Source of the DNA: Thermoplasmatota archaeon
GTDB taxonomy: Archaea > Thermoplasmatota > Penumbrarchaeia > Penumbrarchaeales > Penumbrarchaeaceae
Length of the DNA: 64,000 bases
Direction of reading: 5' to 3'
Assembly (NCBI GenBank): GCA_029762535.1
Contig: JARVGK010000008.1
Coordinates: forward strand, 32,001-96,000
The translations under genes were made by a program, and so were the position numbers. Below the pieces are notes generated by a model. That model saw nothing but the letters and a program-made list of their open reading frames with translations, was not told the DNA's origin and ran no database searches. The first letter of the stretch is position 1, and each line of letters opens with the position of its first letter. Of this stretch, positions 44,958-55,637 are shown piece after piece.

Positions 44958-46256
44958 GTGCCCCTTGATATGCCGCAGAACGAGGATGTCAGGTTCATAT
45001 ATGATAACGTGAAGAAGCACACGGATTGGTTCAGGGATTCCCTCTGCCTCATCGCATCGGAGAACCTCGTATCTCCACTGGCAAGGCAGCTGCAGGTGTC
45101 GGATCTGACGGACAGGTATGCCGAAGGCCTTCCTGGAAAACGCTACTACCAGGGCAACATCTATGTGGATGAGATCGAGACCAGGGTGGAGGCGATCGCC
45201 AAGAGGCTGTTCAGGTCCCCTGAAGCAGACGTCAGGCCCATATCCGGGACGAATGCGAACATTGCAGCCTTCTACGCGCTGACCGAACCTGGTGACCTCT
45301 ACGCTGCCCCTCATCTGAACGATGGCGCGCACATATCGTCCGCCAAGTTCGGAGCGGGCGGACTGCGCGGTGCCAACGAGATCACATACCTATGGGACAA
45401 GGAGAATATGAACATCGACGTGGATGGGACCAAGAAGATGCTGCTCGAGAAAAGGCCCAAGATGTGCCTGTTCGGGAGGTCCGTCTTCCTATTTCCCACG
45501 CCCTTGAAGGAGCTGAGCGATACGCTGCAGGAGCTGGGATGTCACGTATGGTATGATGGTGCCCATGTTCTGGGCCTTATAGCCGGAGGAAGATTCCAAG
45601 ACCCTCTTCGCGAAGGGGCCCACATAATCACCGGATCCACCCACAAGACCCTACCCGGTCCACAAGGAGGGGTCATATTAGGGAACCCCCGTGACGATGA
45701 GCAGTGGAAGAACATACGCAGAAGGGTATTTCCCGGAACCCATTCATCCCATCATCTAATGACCATGGCCGCGAAGGGAATAGCCTTCGCCGAGCACATC
45801 GAGTTCGGCAGCCAGTATGCCGACCGGATATTGAAGAACGCCAGAGCCCTTGCCCAGGCCCTCCATGAGAGAGGGTTCACGGTGTTGGGTGAGAGGCTGG
45901 GATTCACAAGGTCGCATGTAATGGTCCTCGACGTAAGGGAACAGGGAGGGGGTGCTTCGTGCGCCCTTGACCTTGAGAACGCCAATATCATATCGAACAA
46001 GAACCTCATACCGGACGATCCAGGGACCTCGATGAGGCCGTCCGGACTAAGGCTGGGTGTTCAGGAACTCACCAGAATAGGCATGGTGGAATCCAACATG
46101 TCCGAGGTCGCCCAGCTTATGAAGAGGGTGCTGATCGATAAAGAGGATCCCTACAAGGTCAAGGAGGACGTGATTGCGCTCAAATCCAACTTCCAGCACA
46201 TACATTTTTGCCTCTCGAAAGGGATCGAGGCCTACCGAAACTGGATGATAGAATAG
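44958..46256 (+). CDS. glyA: Serine hydroxymethyltransferase
   Basis: LIASEN, RYAEG, GAHISS, YDGAHVLGLIAGG, PLP site STHKTLPGPQGG, SGLRLG; GTG start after a GGTGA SD. Confidence 0.95.
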   Translation: MPLDMPQNEDVRFIYDNVKKHTDWFRDSLCLIASENLVSPLARQLQVSDLTDRYAEGLPGKRYYQGNIYVDEIETRVEAIAKRLFRSPEADVRPISGTNANIAAFYALTEPGDLYAAPHLNDGAHISSAKFGAGGLRGANEITYLWDKENMNIDVDGTKKMLLEKRPKMCLFGRSVFLFPTPLKELSDTLQELGCHVWYDGAHVLGLIAGGRFQDPLREGAHIITGSTHKTLPGPQGGVILGNPRDDEQWKNIRRRVFPGTHSSHHLMTMAAKGIAFAEHIEFGSQYADRILKNARALAQALHERGFTVLGERLGFTRSHVMVLDVREQGGGASCALDLENANIISNKNLIPDDPGTSMRPSGLRLGVQELTRIGMVESNMSEVAQLMKRVLIDKEDPYKVKEDVIALKSNFQHIHFCLSKGIEAYRNWMIE

Positions 46257-46266
46257 GCATAGGGAC

Positions 46267-46572
46267 GTGGCTCGTATGGATTACTTGATAATATCTCTGG
46301 CTAAGGACAAGGGAGCGGCTCTTGGAAAACTCGTACAGGACGACCTTGTATCAAGGCAGACCCTCAATATAAGGGAGGCAAAAGGCCTGGGCATCGAAAA
46401 GGACGAGACATATATACTGATCGAGGGATCTGACGAGGCGCTCAGGAAGGCAGTGGAACTTATTTCCGAAGAGGGTACCGTCCTTTCATCTCCGGAGAAG
46501 GAGAGGATCAGGGACCTTCTAAGAAAGGCCGATGAGGAGGTCGCCGAGGGATTGGGACTGATGTTCGGATGA
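46267..46572 (+). CDS. Hypothetical protein (small, archaeal-type)
   Basis: 101 aa, 10 bp after glyA in the same orientation; DDLVSRQ..YILIEGSDEA..GLGLMFG. Confidence 0.7.
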   Translation: MARMDYLIISLAKDKGAALGKLVQDDLVSRQTLNIREAKGLGIEKDETYILIEGSDEALRKAVELISEEGTVLSSPEKERIRDLLRKADEEVAEGLGLMFG

Positions 46573-46609
46573 AACTCGACCGTTAAGGATCGGATCCCTT
46601 TTGGCATGA

Positions 46610-47878
46610 TCAATTCGAGCGGTTCAATCTTCCCTCGCAGTAACTCATACCCTCGATGGCCGCTACGTTGTCAGGGTCGATCTGGACGACTTTGCTGTAG
46701 CATTCGAGTGCCGTCCCGTAATCGCCCATCCTCTCCAGAATGACCGCGGTGTTGTGCCAGGCGGTCGGAGATCCCTCGTTAATCCTGATGGATTCGTCCA
46801 GGCAGTTCAGCGCATCCCTGAGCCTGCCCATCTTCGTCAATATGACGGCCTTGTTGTTCCATGCCTCTTCGTTATATGGGTCCTTATCAATGGCCCTATC
46901 GAGATGCTTTATGGAAGCATCGACATCGCCGATCCCTGACAGCGCGATCGAATAATTGATGTTCAGCTCGGGAGAATCGGGTTCTATGGCAAGGGCATCG
47001 CGGTAGCATTCCACTGATTCCGATAACCTGTCCATGTTGTATAGTATGACCCCTTTCTCGTTGAGCAGAGTGGTCGATCGTGGATCCTCTTCAAGGAGCT
47101 TCTGGACCATATCCATCGCGCCTATCATGTCCCCGGCCTCCATAAGGGACCTCAGGTCCAATACCGTACCTTGGGACGCTTTTATCGTTACAGGTGGAGG
47201 TTCTAACTGAGCTTCCTCGGTCATCCGGGCAGTTTCCGGATTGACACCTTCTATGCCTTCTTCGATGTCCTCGATGACCTCATCCAGCTCCGGCAGGTCC
47301 TCAACCGAGAATTCATCTTCGGCCTCATCCTTTGTAGTCTGATCCGCTTTCGGTCCTGTCAAATCACCGGTCGCATCCTGATCGCTCCGATCATGAGGTG
47401 GTACGGTGATCACTTCGTCCCCGCCCTCGAGGACGACGGTCGGGTTCCTCTCCATGAGAGCGATGGCGCCCGGTCCTTCTATGACATCCATATCAGAAGT
47501 TCTTCTCGAGGGAGACGTTTCGGATCCGGAGACATAGCTCTTGAACATGTCCTTCAGCTCGTTCTGGAGGCCTCCATGTTCCTTCTCCCAGTCCTCCTTA
47601 TCCGTCCAGACCTGTCTTGCCTCTTCCCTTTTACGAAGGGTTTCCATCATATGCATATGTTCTTCCGGAGATATTCCGAGATGCTCCCGTATCTCCTCGA
47701 GCATCTGGGCGATCATCGGGTCCTTGCTTCCCGATTGGATATATTTCTTCATTAGCGATCCGTAGAACTCGAAATTGCTGCCCTCAGGCTCGACCTCTGT
47801 GGTCCTTTCTTCCCTTTTCTCTTTTTTGAAGAGTGCACTGATGCCCCTTCCCAGTGCTTTGTTGTTCTTTTCGGCCAT
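46610..47878 (-). CDS. TPR-repeat protein with an N-terminal LGRG(I/L)xAL peptide and an acidic linker
   Basis: C-terminal TPRs (LNEKGVIL, AWNNKA, AWHNTA); start re-called to MAEKNN after a GGTGAGGAG SD. Confidence 0.8.
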   Translation of the reverse strand: MAEKNNKALGRGISALFKKEKREERTTEVEPEGSNFEFYGSLMKKYIQSGSKDPMIAQMLEEIREHLGISPEEHMHMMETLRKREEARQVWTDKEDWEKEHGGLQNELKDMFKSYVSGSETSPSRRTSDMDVIEGPGAIALMERNPTVVLEGGDEVITVPPHDRSDQDATGDLTGPKADQTTKDEAEDEFSVEDLPELDEVIEDIEEGIEGVNPETARMTEEAQLEPPPVTIKASQGTVLDLRSLMEAGDMIGAMDMVQKLLEEDPRSTTLLNEKGVILYNMDRLSESVECYRDALAIEPDSPELNINYSIALSGIGDVDASIKHLDRAIDKDPYNEEAWNNKAVILTKMGRLRDALNCLDESIRINEGSPTAWHNTAVILERMGDYGTALECYSKVVQIDPDNVAAIEGMSYCEGRLNRSN

Positions 47879-48107
47879 CTCCTCACCGGTCGACTCCCTG
47901 AAATCCGTTGGCTCAACCGTATATACATTAATAATGATTTTGATTGCGGTCAGCCTTTTCATGGATCGGATCGACCCTCTACCCGAATTATCGACACTTT
48001 CGGCCATCCCCCGGCTAGACAGTTTATTAAAACCGTTATCACAATAGGCCCATGGAGGGATCTCCACGACAGGCGAAGACAAGAAAGCGCCAGAAGACGA
48101 AACAGAT

Positions 48108-49370
48108 GTGGCGCATACGGAAAATGATGAATTGGACGAGGAAATGTTGAGAGAGAGCGCTTTTAGGATGTCAAAGGAATTGGGAATATCCCTGGACGAG
48201 GCCGAAAGGGCGGTCATGGCCCGCTCAGGTATCAGGCCGCAAAATAATGTCCGAAGCATTGGCTCGATCTCAGAGCTAACACCCGATCTCAGGGGTATCG
48301 CGCTGAAGGTCAGAGTGATATCCGTGAGCGAGGGGGTCCGAAGCGAGGGTAAAGGGATCTATCATTACGGATCACTGGGTGATTCCACAGGCGACATACC
48401 CTTCATCTCATGGAAGGATTTCCCCTTCCAACCGGGAGATGGCGTTCTAATCAGTAATTGCTCGACCAGGCAATACGCCGGAAGGGTAGAGGTCGTGATC
48501 GGTGAGACCACGGATCTTAACAGTATCGACGATACGACGGGACTAATGCCCCCTGTTGACGATGTCGTCCCGATGAGGATCTCAGAGCTCACCGATGGAT
48601 TGAGGAACGTCGATGTACTTGGCAGGGCCGATGAACTCCACGAGGTCAGTGTAAATGTGAAAGGTAACCCGAGGATGATAGTCAACGGGATCCTCCTTGA
48701 TGGAAGCGGACGTATCGGCTTTACATGCTGGGGCCCCATTGAAATGACCCAAGGCGGATGTTACAGGATAGTTGGAGGCAACATACGAACCTATCGCGGA
48801 AGCCTGAAGCTGAACTTCGATCCTGGAGCGATAGTCAAACGACTTCCGGACGATGTTATACCCCCTATGGAGGAACTGACAAGACCGGTCCCTTTCAGGG
48901 TCCATCTGATCGATGAGGGCTTCATACCCGGACCGGTGATCCTTCGTGGGATCGTTATCGATGTAAGACCAGGGTCCGGACTCGTCAGGAAATGCGTAGA
49001 ATGCGGCCGCAGGTTGCACAAGGGTCAGTGCTCCGTCCACGGAACGGTCGAGGGCGAGGACGATCTCCGTCTAAGGGCCGTCCTGGATGATGGTTCTGGC
49101 ACGATCATGGCAAGGGCTGGAAGGGATATCGTCGAATCGATCATGGGCCGCTCCATGTCATCCATACTGGAAGAGGCCAGGAATAACATGTCCTCCGATC
49201 TCGTAATTGAGGAGCTAAGAGAGATCCTCGTGGGTCACTGCTGGACCATCTCCGGCGATCCCGGGTCGGACGACTATGGACCCAGTCTGTACATATCCAG
49301 CATAAAGCCCGGCCTGGACGGCTCGCTCCTTACCGATGAGATAATGGCCATGGCGGAGGTGCTGCTATGA
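48108..49370 (+). CDS. rpa: Replication protein A large subunit (multiple OB folds, zinc finger)
   Basis: OB folds with GDSTGDIPFISW, DGSGRIGFTCW and LDDGSG; CVEC..CSVHG zinc finger. Confidence 0.88.
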   Translation: MAHTENDELDEEMLRESAFRMSKELGISLDEAERAVMARSGIRPQNNVRSIGSISELTPDLRGIALKVRVISVSEGVRSEGKGIYHYGSLGDSTGDIPFISWKDFPFQPGDGVLISNCSTRQYAGRVEVVIGETTDLNSIDDTTGLMPPVDDVVPMRISELTDGLRNVDVLGRADELHEVSVNVKGNPRMIVNGILLDGSGRIGFTCWGPIEMTQGGCYRIVGGNIRTYRGSLKLNFDPGAIVKRLPDDVIPPMEELTRPVPFRVHLIDEGFIPGPVILRGIVIDVRPGSGLVRKCVECGRRLHKGQCSVHGTVEGEDDLRLRAVLDDGSGTIMARAGRDIVESIMGRSMSSILEEARNNMSSDLVIEELREILVGHCWTISGDPGSDDYGPSLYISSIKPGLDGSLLTDEIMAMAEVLL

Positions 49371-50212
49371 GGCGAAGGGAGACAGCGCATCCACTGTTAA
49401 TAGCGGACCTGCTTTCCGCCCGGGAAGTGAGGTCCGGGGAGGATGAAGGAGGGATGACCCGATATGAGACCCCTTCCGGGGCCTCTATCTTCCGTGCATG
49501 GATATCCGGTGTTCTGATGGAAAGGGAGAACATTGGCACTGAGGACTCCCCCCTATACAGAATGCGAGTTGCTGACCCGACAGGAGGGATCACGCTCATA
49601 TCTGGAAAGTTCAATCAGGACCTTTTGAACGTATCCGGCTCCATACCATGCCCCTCCTTCATTTCGGTGATCGGAAAGGTAAAGACGTTCAAAGGAAGAG
49701 GGGGGGAATCGGTGATCTCGATCAACCCGGAGATCATCACGGCCATCGACCGACAGGAGAGACAGGACATACTGCTCCTTTCCATCAGGGAGGCGCTCTC
49801 AAGGATCTGGAGCATCACCGAGAGAGGGCCCAATCCGATGCGTTCGGCATCGGTACCGCAACCACAAAAAGATATCAGCGATGTGGAATTGGAGGATAAG
49901 CTCAGGGACATGCTCTTGAGGTCCATGGAGGCCTATGACAAAGGTTTCTATTCAGCTCTGATCGAGAGGGGAAGGTCCGAGGGCCTTGCCACGGCCCATG
50001 AGGATGATATCGACCCACTGGAAGGTTACGAGGATGATGTCCTGGATATGATAAGGAGCCTGGATTCCGGAAAGGGGGCCAGATGGGATTCCGTCATCGA
50101 CCTGATAGACAAAAAGAGGCTGTCCAGAGATATCATCGAGGAGGTCATCTCCAATCTTCTGGACAAAGGTCTCCTATACGAACCAATGCTCGGATACCTG
50201 AAAGCAATATGA
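49367..50212 (+). CDS. RPA-associated / RPA32-like OB-fold + winged-helix protein
   Basis: MRRRETA, RVADPTG OB fold, C-terminal LLDKGLLYEP wHTH; coupled to rpa by an ATGA overlap. Confidence 0.82.
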   Translation: MRRRETAHPLLIADLLSAREVRSGEDEGGMTRYETPSGASIFRAWISGVLMERENIGTEDSPLYRMRVADPTGGITLISGKFNQDLLNVSGSIPCPSFISVIGKVKTFKGRGGESVISINPEIITAIDRQERQDILLLSIREALSRIWSITERGPNPMRSASVPQPQKDISDVELEDKLRDMLLRSMEAYDKGFYSALIERGRSEGLATAHEDDIDPLEGYEDDVLDMIRSLDSGKGARWDSVIDLIDKKRLSRDIIEEVISNLLDKGLLYEPMLGYLKAI

Positions 50213-50265
50213 TATGTTCGTATACATATGAATGTTTGATATACCTAAATCCTTTTCTCCACCCG

Positions 50266-52284
50266 ATGTCGGAGAACAGATGCATATTCATAGGAGCTGC
50301 GTGGCCCTACGCCAATGGGGACCTTCACCTAGGCCATATAGCGGGATGCCTTCTTCCCGCCGATATCTTCGCCAGATACTGCAGGCTAAGAGGATACGAT
50401 GTCCTTTTCGTATCGGGGTCGGATATGCATGGAACCCCTATCACGGTCACCGCAGACAAGGAGCGGATCTCCCCGGAGGAGGTCGCAATGAGGAGCCATC
50501 GATCGATAGAGCGCACAATATCCCAGTTGGACATCACCTACGATCTTTACACGATGACCCATTCCGAGCATCACTTCAAAGTAGTTCAGGAAATTTTCAA
50601 GACCCTTCTCTCCAAGGGGTGGATCGATAAAAGGGTCGAACAGGCTCCTTTCTGTCCAACCTGTTCCAAGTTCATGCCGGACAGGTATATCGAAGGAACC
50701 TGCCCACACTGCGGTTCCAAGGATGCAAGAGGCGATCAATGCGACGGCTGCGGTACGGTCTTGGACCCAAAGGAGCTTATAATGCCCAGGTGCAAGCTAT
50801 GCTCCGATACACCGATTTTCAAGGATACCGAGCATTTCTACCTTCTTCTGAGCAAAATGGAACCATCCATCAGGGCATTCGTTGAGGAGAACAAGCACCG
50901 ATGGAGGCCGAACACGCGCAACAACACCGAGAACTTCCTATCCAAGGGTCTGAAGGACAGGGCGATAACCCGCGACCTCAAATGGGGAGTTCCCATACCA
51001 CTGTATGGATACGGTGATAAATGCATTTACGTATGGTTCGAGGCCGTATGCGGTTACCTTTCCGCCTCAATTGAACACTCGATAAGTAAAGGGGACCCAA
51101 ACGGATACGAGCGCTTCTGGAAGATGGAAAAATGCAGGCATTACTATTTCCTCGCGAAGGACAACATACCATTCCACACGATCATCTGGCCCGCCATTCT
51201 TCTCGGTGTTGGGGGCCTCGATCTGCCGTATGACGTCCCATCCAACGAATACCTGCAGTGGGACGGGTCGCAGTTCTCCAAATCCAGAGGACATGGGGTT
51301 ACCGTCAACGATTTCCTCGAGGAATACGATGTGGACCCTCTCAGATTCTATCTCTCAACGAACATGCCGGAAAGATCGGATTCCAACTTCGACCTTGATG
51401 AGTTCATTCAGAAGAACAATACGGAGTTGCTCGGCGCGGTCGGCAATTACCTTCACAGAGTGACCTCCTTCATACATTCGAACTATGGATGTGTCCCGCC
51501 TTTGAGCGCTCCTTCGCCAGAGGACAAGAGGATCCTTAATATTGCCAGGGAAAGGTACGTTGAGGCCCTTGATTCCATGGAGGAGGTGCGTCTTAAGGAC
51601 GGAATTAGATCAATGATGGCCCTTGTGAACGAGGCGAACAGGTACTTCAACGACATGGCGCCTTGGAAGCTCATCAAGACCGATAAGGGGAGGTGCGGGA
51701 CAGTGATGGCCACTGCCCTATGTGTGGGCAGGACCATCTCTTTCGGGCTGTATCCCTATATACCCCATTCGATGAAAGCCTGGTGCAGGATGATCGGGAT
51801 TAAAGAGCCATCGGGATCCCTATGGAGCGAAGGCCTTGAGCCAATACCTGCTGGCCTTGAAATCGTCAAGCCTTCTCCATTGTTCAAGAGGATCGAGAAG
51901 AGGACGGTCGAAGAAAGTATGGACGAGAAGGAGGAAGAACGAATGGAACAGGAAACGAAGCACGTATCTTTCGAGGACTTCATGAAAATGGAACTGAGAG
52001 TAGGATTCGTCAGGGAGATCAGCGAACATCCCAACGCGGACAAACTCTACGTCCTGAAGGTCGATATTGGAGAGGGCAGTCCGAGACAGATAGTGGCCGG
52101 TCTCAAAGAGCATTACGAAGCGAAGGACATACTCGGGAAGTGGATCATCATTGTCTCCAACCTGAAGCCAGCGATGATGCGTGGGATCGAGTCCAATGGA
52201 ATGCTTCTCGCCGCTGAAGGTGATGGAACGGTATCCCTGCTTACCGTTGACAGGGACGTGAGACCAGGTTCTCGGATACATTAA
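50266..52284 (+). CDS. metG: Methionine--tRNA ligase with C-terminal tRNA-binding domain
   Basis: PYANGDLHLGH, SGSDMHG, zinc knuckles, YVWFEA, FSKS, C-terminal HPNADKL..NLKPA..ESNGM. Confidence 0.97.
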   Translation: MSENRCIFIGAAWPYANGDLHLGHIAGCLLPADIFARYCRLRGYDVLFVSGSDMHGTPITVTADKERISPEEVAMRSHRSIERTISQLDITYDLYTMTHSEHHFKVVQEIFKTLLSKGWIDKRVEQAPFCPTCSKFMPDRYIEGTCPHCGSKDARGDQCDGCGTVLDPKELIMPRCKLCSDTPIFKDTEHFYLLLSKMEPSIRAFVEENKHRWRPNTRNNTENFLSKGLKDRAITRDLKWGVPIPLYGYGDKCIYVWFEAVCGYLSASIEHSISKGDPNGYERFWKMEKCRHYYFLAKDNIPFHTIIWPAILLGVGGLDLPYDVPSNEYLQWDGSQFSKSRGHGVTVNDFLEEYDVDPLRFYLSTNMPERSDSNFDLDEFIQKNNTELLGAVGNYLHRVTSFIHSNYGCVPPLSAPSPEDKRILNIARERYVEALDSMEEVRLKDGIRSMMALVNEANRYFNDMAPWKLIKTDKGRCGTVMATALCVGRTISFGLYPYIPHSMKAWCRMIGIKEPSGSLWSEGLEPIPAGLEIVKPSPLFKRIEKRTVEESMDEKEEERMEQETKHVSFEDFMKMELRVGFVREISEHPNADKLYVLKVDIGEGSPRQIVAGLKEHYEAKDILGKWIIIVSNLKPAMMRGIESNGMLLAAEGDGTVSLLTVDRDVRPGSRIH

Positions 52285-53624
52285 GCGAACATTCCGAGGA
52301 CGCCCTTGCCTTTCTCATTGAACATCCCGCTCGGGCTCGATGCGCCTTCTATCACCTTTCTAACAGCCCTTTTCAGATCATCCATGTTCACCGCCCTCCT
52401 ATGAGCGCGTATCGCGAACATTCCAGCCTCCGTACAGCAGGATTTTATCTGAGCGCCGTTGAATCCATCGGTGATCAGGGAAACGGCCTCAAGGGAAACC
52501 TCTGGATCGAGGTTCATACGCCTCGTATGGACCTTGAATATCTCGATACGCGAGGTAAGGTCCGGCAAGGGGATCTCTACTATCCGATCTATACGGCCGG
52601 GTCTTAGTATGGCCGGATCCAATATGTCAGGCCTGTTCGTGGCCGCTATTATCCTCACATCACCTAGTGGGTCGAATCCGTCGAGCTCCGCCAGAAGCTG
52701 TATCAACGTTCGATAGACCTCTCTATCCGCTGATGTGGACGAATCCGTTCTGCTTCCGGCTATCGAATCGATCTCGTCTAGGAAAATTATACTGGGGGAC
52801 CTCTCCCTGGCGAACTGAAAAAGCTCCCTTACCATACGACTCCCTTCACCGATGTACTTCTGTACCAGTTCGCTCCCCACCATTCTGAGGAATGTCGCCC
52901 TTGTGGCATTGGCTATTGCCTTGGCTATCAGGGTCTTTCCGCATCCCGGGGGCCCTATCAGAAGAACTCCTTTTGGCGGGTCTATGCCCACCACCCTGAA
53001 AGATTCGGGATCCAATAGTGGAAGTTCTATGACCTCCCTCAGCTCATCTATCTGCGGCTCCAGACCTCCAATATCATCAAAGGTCACCTCGGGCCTCGTC
53101 TCGAGTTCGGACGCACCGACGAGGGGGTCCCTAGAGGAGGGTAGGATGGAAATGATGGACATGGTGTCCTTGTTCATTGACACCTTAACCCCTGGTTTGA
53201 GGGCCTCCTTGGATATAGATGAGGATGATCTGACCAGGAAAGAAGGCCCAGCTGTCGTGGAAACAATGGCCTGATCCTCCCCGTAAGCTTCGATAATGGT
53301 TCCAACGATGAGGGGGGGGGACTTCATCCTGTTTAGCTCAGCGTTCAGAGACATTATCTTCGAGTCCATTCGCATTACCTTGTTCTGCAGGTATCTTCTC
53401 TCCTCATCTATTCGGAGGGCCTCCCTCTTCCAGGGATTGTTATCATCCTCCCAGGCAAGCTGCTTCATCTCGCCCTCCCAGCTCCTGTATCCGGGGCGGT
53501 CCTGAGGAAGATCACCATGAGCCAGCGCATTATCCCTCCAAACTTCATCCTCCGATATGGGAACATCGGATGGTTCGGTATCCTCGGTTGATCCTTCATT
53601 TGCTTTCCTGGCCTTTTCGGTCAT
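52281..53624 (-). CDS. pan: Proteasome-activating nucleotidase
   Basis: Coiled coil + PPLIVG OB, DIGGL, GPPGCGKT, ELVQKYIGEG, FLDEID, ATNRPDILDPAILRPGR, HbYX-like C-terminus MFA; start at MTEKAR. Confidence 0.93.
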   Translation of the reverse strand: MTEKARKANEGSTEDTEPSDVPISEDEVWRDNALAHGDLPQDRPGYRSWEGEMKQLAWEDDNNPWKREALRIDEERRYLQNKVMRMDSKIMSLNAELNRMKSPPLIVGTIIEAYGEDQAIVSTTAGPSFLVRSSSSISKEALKPGVKVSMNKDTMSIISILPSSRDPLVGASELETRPEVTFDDIGGLEPQIDELREVIELPLLDPESFRVVGIDPPKGVLLIGPPGCGKTLIAKAIANATRATFLRMVGSELVQKYIGEGSRMVRELFQFARERSPSIIFLDEIDSIAGSRTDSSTSADREVYRTLIQLLAELDGFDPLGDVRIIAATNRPDILDPAILRPGRIDRIVEIPLPDLTSRIEIFKVHTRRMNLDPEVSLEAVSLITDGFNGAQIKSCCTEAGMFAIRAHRRAVNMDDLKRAVRKVIEGASSPSGMFNEKGKGVLGMFA

Positions 53625-53739
53625 TTTCCATTCTCCAGCATAGAGGCATGATTTACAGGTTATCTTAAGTTTTTCCCGAGATTTGGCATATGGAACTCGC
53701 ATGACAGATAACTTTAATAAATCATAACTTTTTGCCCGA

Positions 53740-54396
53740 ATGGGTGAGATCCTGTACGAGGCCGTCCTTTCCGTCAATCTGAGTGAGAGTTGGATAGGTA
53801 AAACGATGAGGATGCTGCCGGTTTCTATCAGCGTACTCGACAGCATACCCCTCGACGAGAAAGGTGTCGAGGACCTGGTCGAGGTCAAGCTAAATTCCAC
53901 ATCGATAGACATTCTCGAGTCCACTGTCAAGGATATCAAGGGAGTCGATTTCGTCAAGGTGAGCAAGGTGGACCTGGACAAGGTGATAATGATCGTCGGG
54001 GTCCAGGGCTGCGTAGGATGCCGGACCATAATTGAATCCGGATGCTTTCTCATATCAGCTAACTCCACTACCGACGGTTGGATAGAATGGAAACTTATAA
54101 TGAACGAGAAACTTCAGCTGCAGAATCTGGTCTCTCATCTCAACGACCATGGAGTGGACAACAGGCTGATTCTGATCCAGCCCGTGGACGACAAGGAATC
54201 CCTGACCGCGAGGCAGGAGAGGATCATCAAGACGGCCCTTGAACGGGGTTATTACGATTTCCCGAAAAGGATAGGCATCCGAGAGCTTGCCAGACTGTTC
54301 AATATATCCACGGCATCGGTCTCAGAGACCCTAAGGAGAGGGCAGAAGAAGATAATCGAACAGTATTTCAAAGGTAAAGGGGAAAAGCTCAACTGA
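53740..54396 (+). CDS. HTH-10 (bacterio-opsin activator-type) transcriptional regulator
   Basis: C-terminal LTARQERIIKTALERGYYDFPKRI..ELA..IST..SETLRRG. Confidence 0.88.
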   Translation: MGEILYEAVLSVNLSESWIGKTMRMLPVSISVLDSIPLDEKGVEDLVEVKLNSTSIDILESTVKDIKGVDFVKVSKVDLDKVIMIVGVQGCVGCRTIIESGCFLISANSTTDGWIEWKLIMNEKLQLQNLVSHLNDHGVDNRLILIQPVDDKESLTARQERIIKTALERGYYDFPKRIGIRELARLFNISTASVSETLRRGQKKIIEQYFKGKGEKLN

Positions 54397-54467
54397 ATAA
54401 TTCGGTGTGAGATACTTATACTATGGGCGTTCTGATTATAGATACCATTGAAAAAGGGGTCGTTCAT

Positions 54468-55637
54468 TTGAGATCCGTTTACCTCGATTCGAACTCCGGC
54501 ATGCCAATGTGGCCCGAGGTAATATCCTCGATGCTGCCGTACATGTCAGAACATTACGGCAACACTTCATCCATTCACGCCATGGGCAACGAGCCAAAGA
54601 AGGCGATGGAGATGGCGAGGTCACATGTCGCCGAACTGATCGGGGCGGATCCGACCGAGGTCATCTTCACTTCAGGAGCCACCGAGGCTGTGAATCTGGC
54701 ACTGCGCGGAAGCACGGAAACCGCCTCAGAGGGGAAAAAAGGCATCATATATTCACAGGCGGATCACAGAACGGTCACGGCCACGGCTGAGGACCTATCC
54801 CGAAAAGGTGTAAGAACCGCCATGATGCCCCTCGATCACCTGGGAGCTATCAAGCTGAAGGAGGCCGTTTCCATAATGGACCAAGGGGGATTTCACCTAC
54901 TGAGCATGCCTTTCGCCAGCCAGGAGGTGGGAACGTTCCAGCCCGTCGAGGACCTTGTCAAGGAGGCGGCCGAGAGAGAGGTTCTGGTACACCTGGACCT
55001 TACCAGGTCAGCCTTCCAGGTACCCATCGATGTTAAGAAGCAAGGTATCGACCTTGCAACCATATCCTCGAACGATCTACTCGGACCAAAAGGGGTCGGG
55101 GCCCTTTACATCAAGAAGGGCGTCAGGCTCAAACCCATCCTGACCGGGGGAGGTCATGAAAGGGCCCTAAGGAGCGGGTCCGAGAACATACCAGGGATCT
55201 ATGGCATGGGAAAGGCCGCCTCGATCGTAAAGAAGAGGATGGGAGATTATGTCCCCCAAATGGAGCGGGTGAGGGATGCCCTCATCGATGGGCTTCTAAG
55301 GATCGAGAACACGCATCTGAACGGAAACATGAAAATGAGGCTACCAAATAATGCCAACGTACGATTCGATTTCATCGAAGGTGAATCCATACTATTGATG
55401 TTGGACCTGAACGGCATACAGGCCGCATCCGGCTCCGCATGCTCCTCCAAAACGCTGGAGCCTTCCCCGACCCTAATGGCCATGGGGCTCAAGCACGAAG
55501 AGGCCCACGGATCGATACAGATGACATTGAATCCCAATACCACCATTGATGATATCCAATACGTTCTCGAGGTGGTACCCGGGATAGTAGAGAACCTCAG
55601 GGAGATGTCGCCCTTGTACAATAGAATAGGTGATTGA
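54468..55637 (+). CDS. iscS: IscS/NifS-family cysteine desulfurase homolog (PLP Lys replaced by Asp)
   Basis: YLD, YGNTSSIH, FTSGATEA, GPKGVGALY, RSGSEN, SGSACSS; the usual HK is ND; probable TTG start. Confidence 0.9.
   Translation: MRSVYLDSNSGMPMWPEVISSMLPYMSEHYGNTSSIHAMGNEPKKAMEMARSHVAELIGADPTEVIFTSGATEAVNLALRGSTETASEGKKGIIYSQADHRTVTATAEDLSRKGVRTAMMPLDHLGAIKLKEAVSIMDQGGFHLLSMPFASQEVGTFQPVEDLVKEAAEREVLVHLDLTRSAFQVPIDVKKQGIDLATISSNDLLGPKGVGALYIKKGVRLKPILTGGGHERALRSGSENIPGIYGMGKAASIVKKRMGDYVPQMERVRDALIDGLLRIENTHLNGNMKMRLPNNANVRFDFIEGESILLMLDLNGIQAASGSACSSKTLEPSPTLMAMGLKHEEAHGSIQMTLNPNTTIDDIQYVLEVVPGIVENLREMSPLYNRIGD

Noticed and set aside
47879-48259. 549-aa version of the TPR ORF
   Set aside because: The extension runs through the divergent promoter region and antisense into rpa; a strong SD supports the start at 47878.
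50083-50265. N-terminal extension of metG (similarly glyA 44841-44957 and the oxidoreductase 5831-5923)
   Set aside because: These overlap upstream genes or promoter-like AT-rich DNA; conserved sequence begins at the later starts.
53625-54068. 595-aa version of PAN
   Set aside because: The extension is antisense to the HTH-10 regulator and is low-information Ser/Thr-rich sequence.
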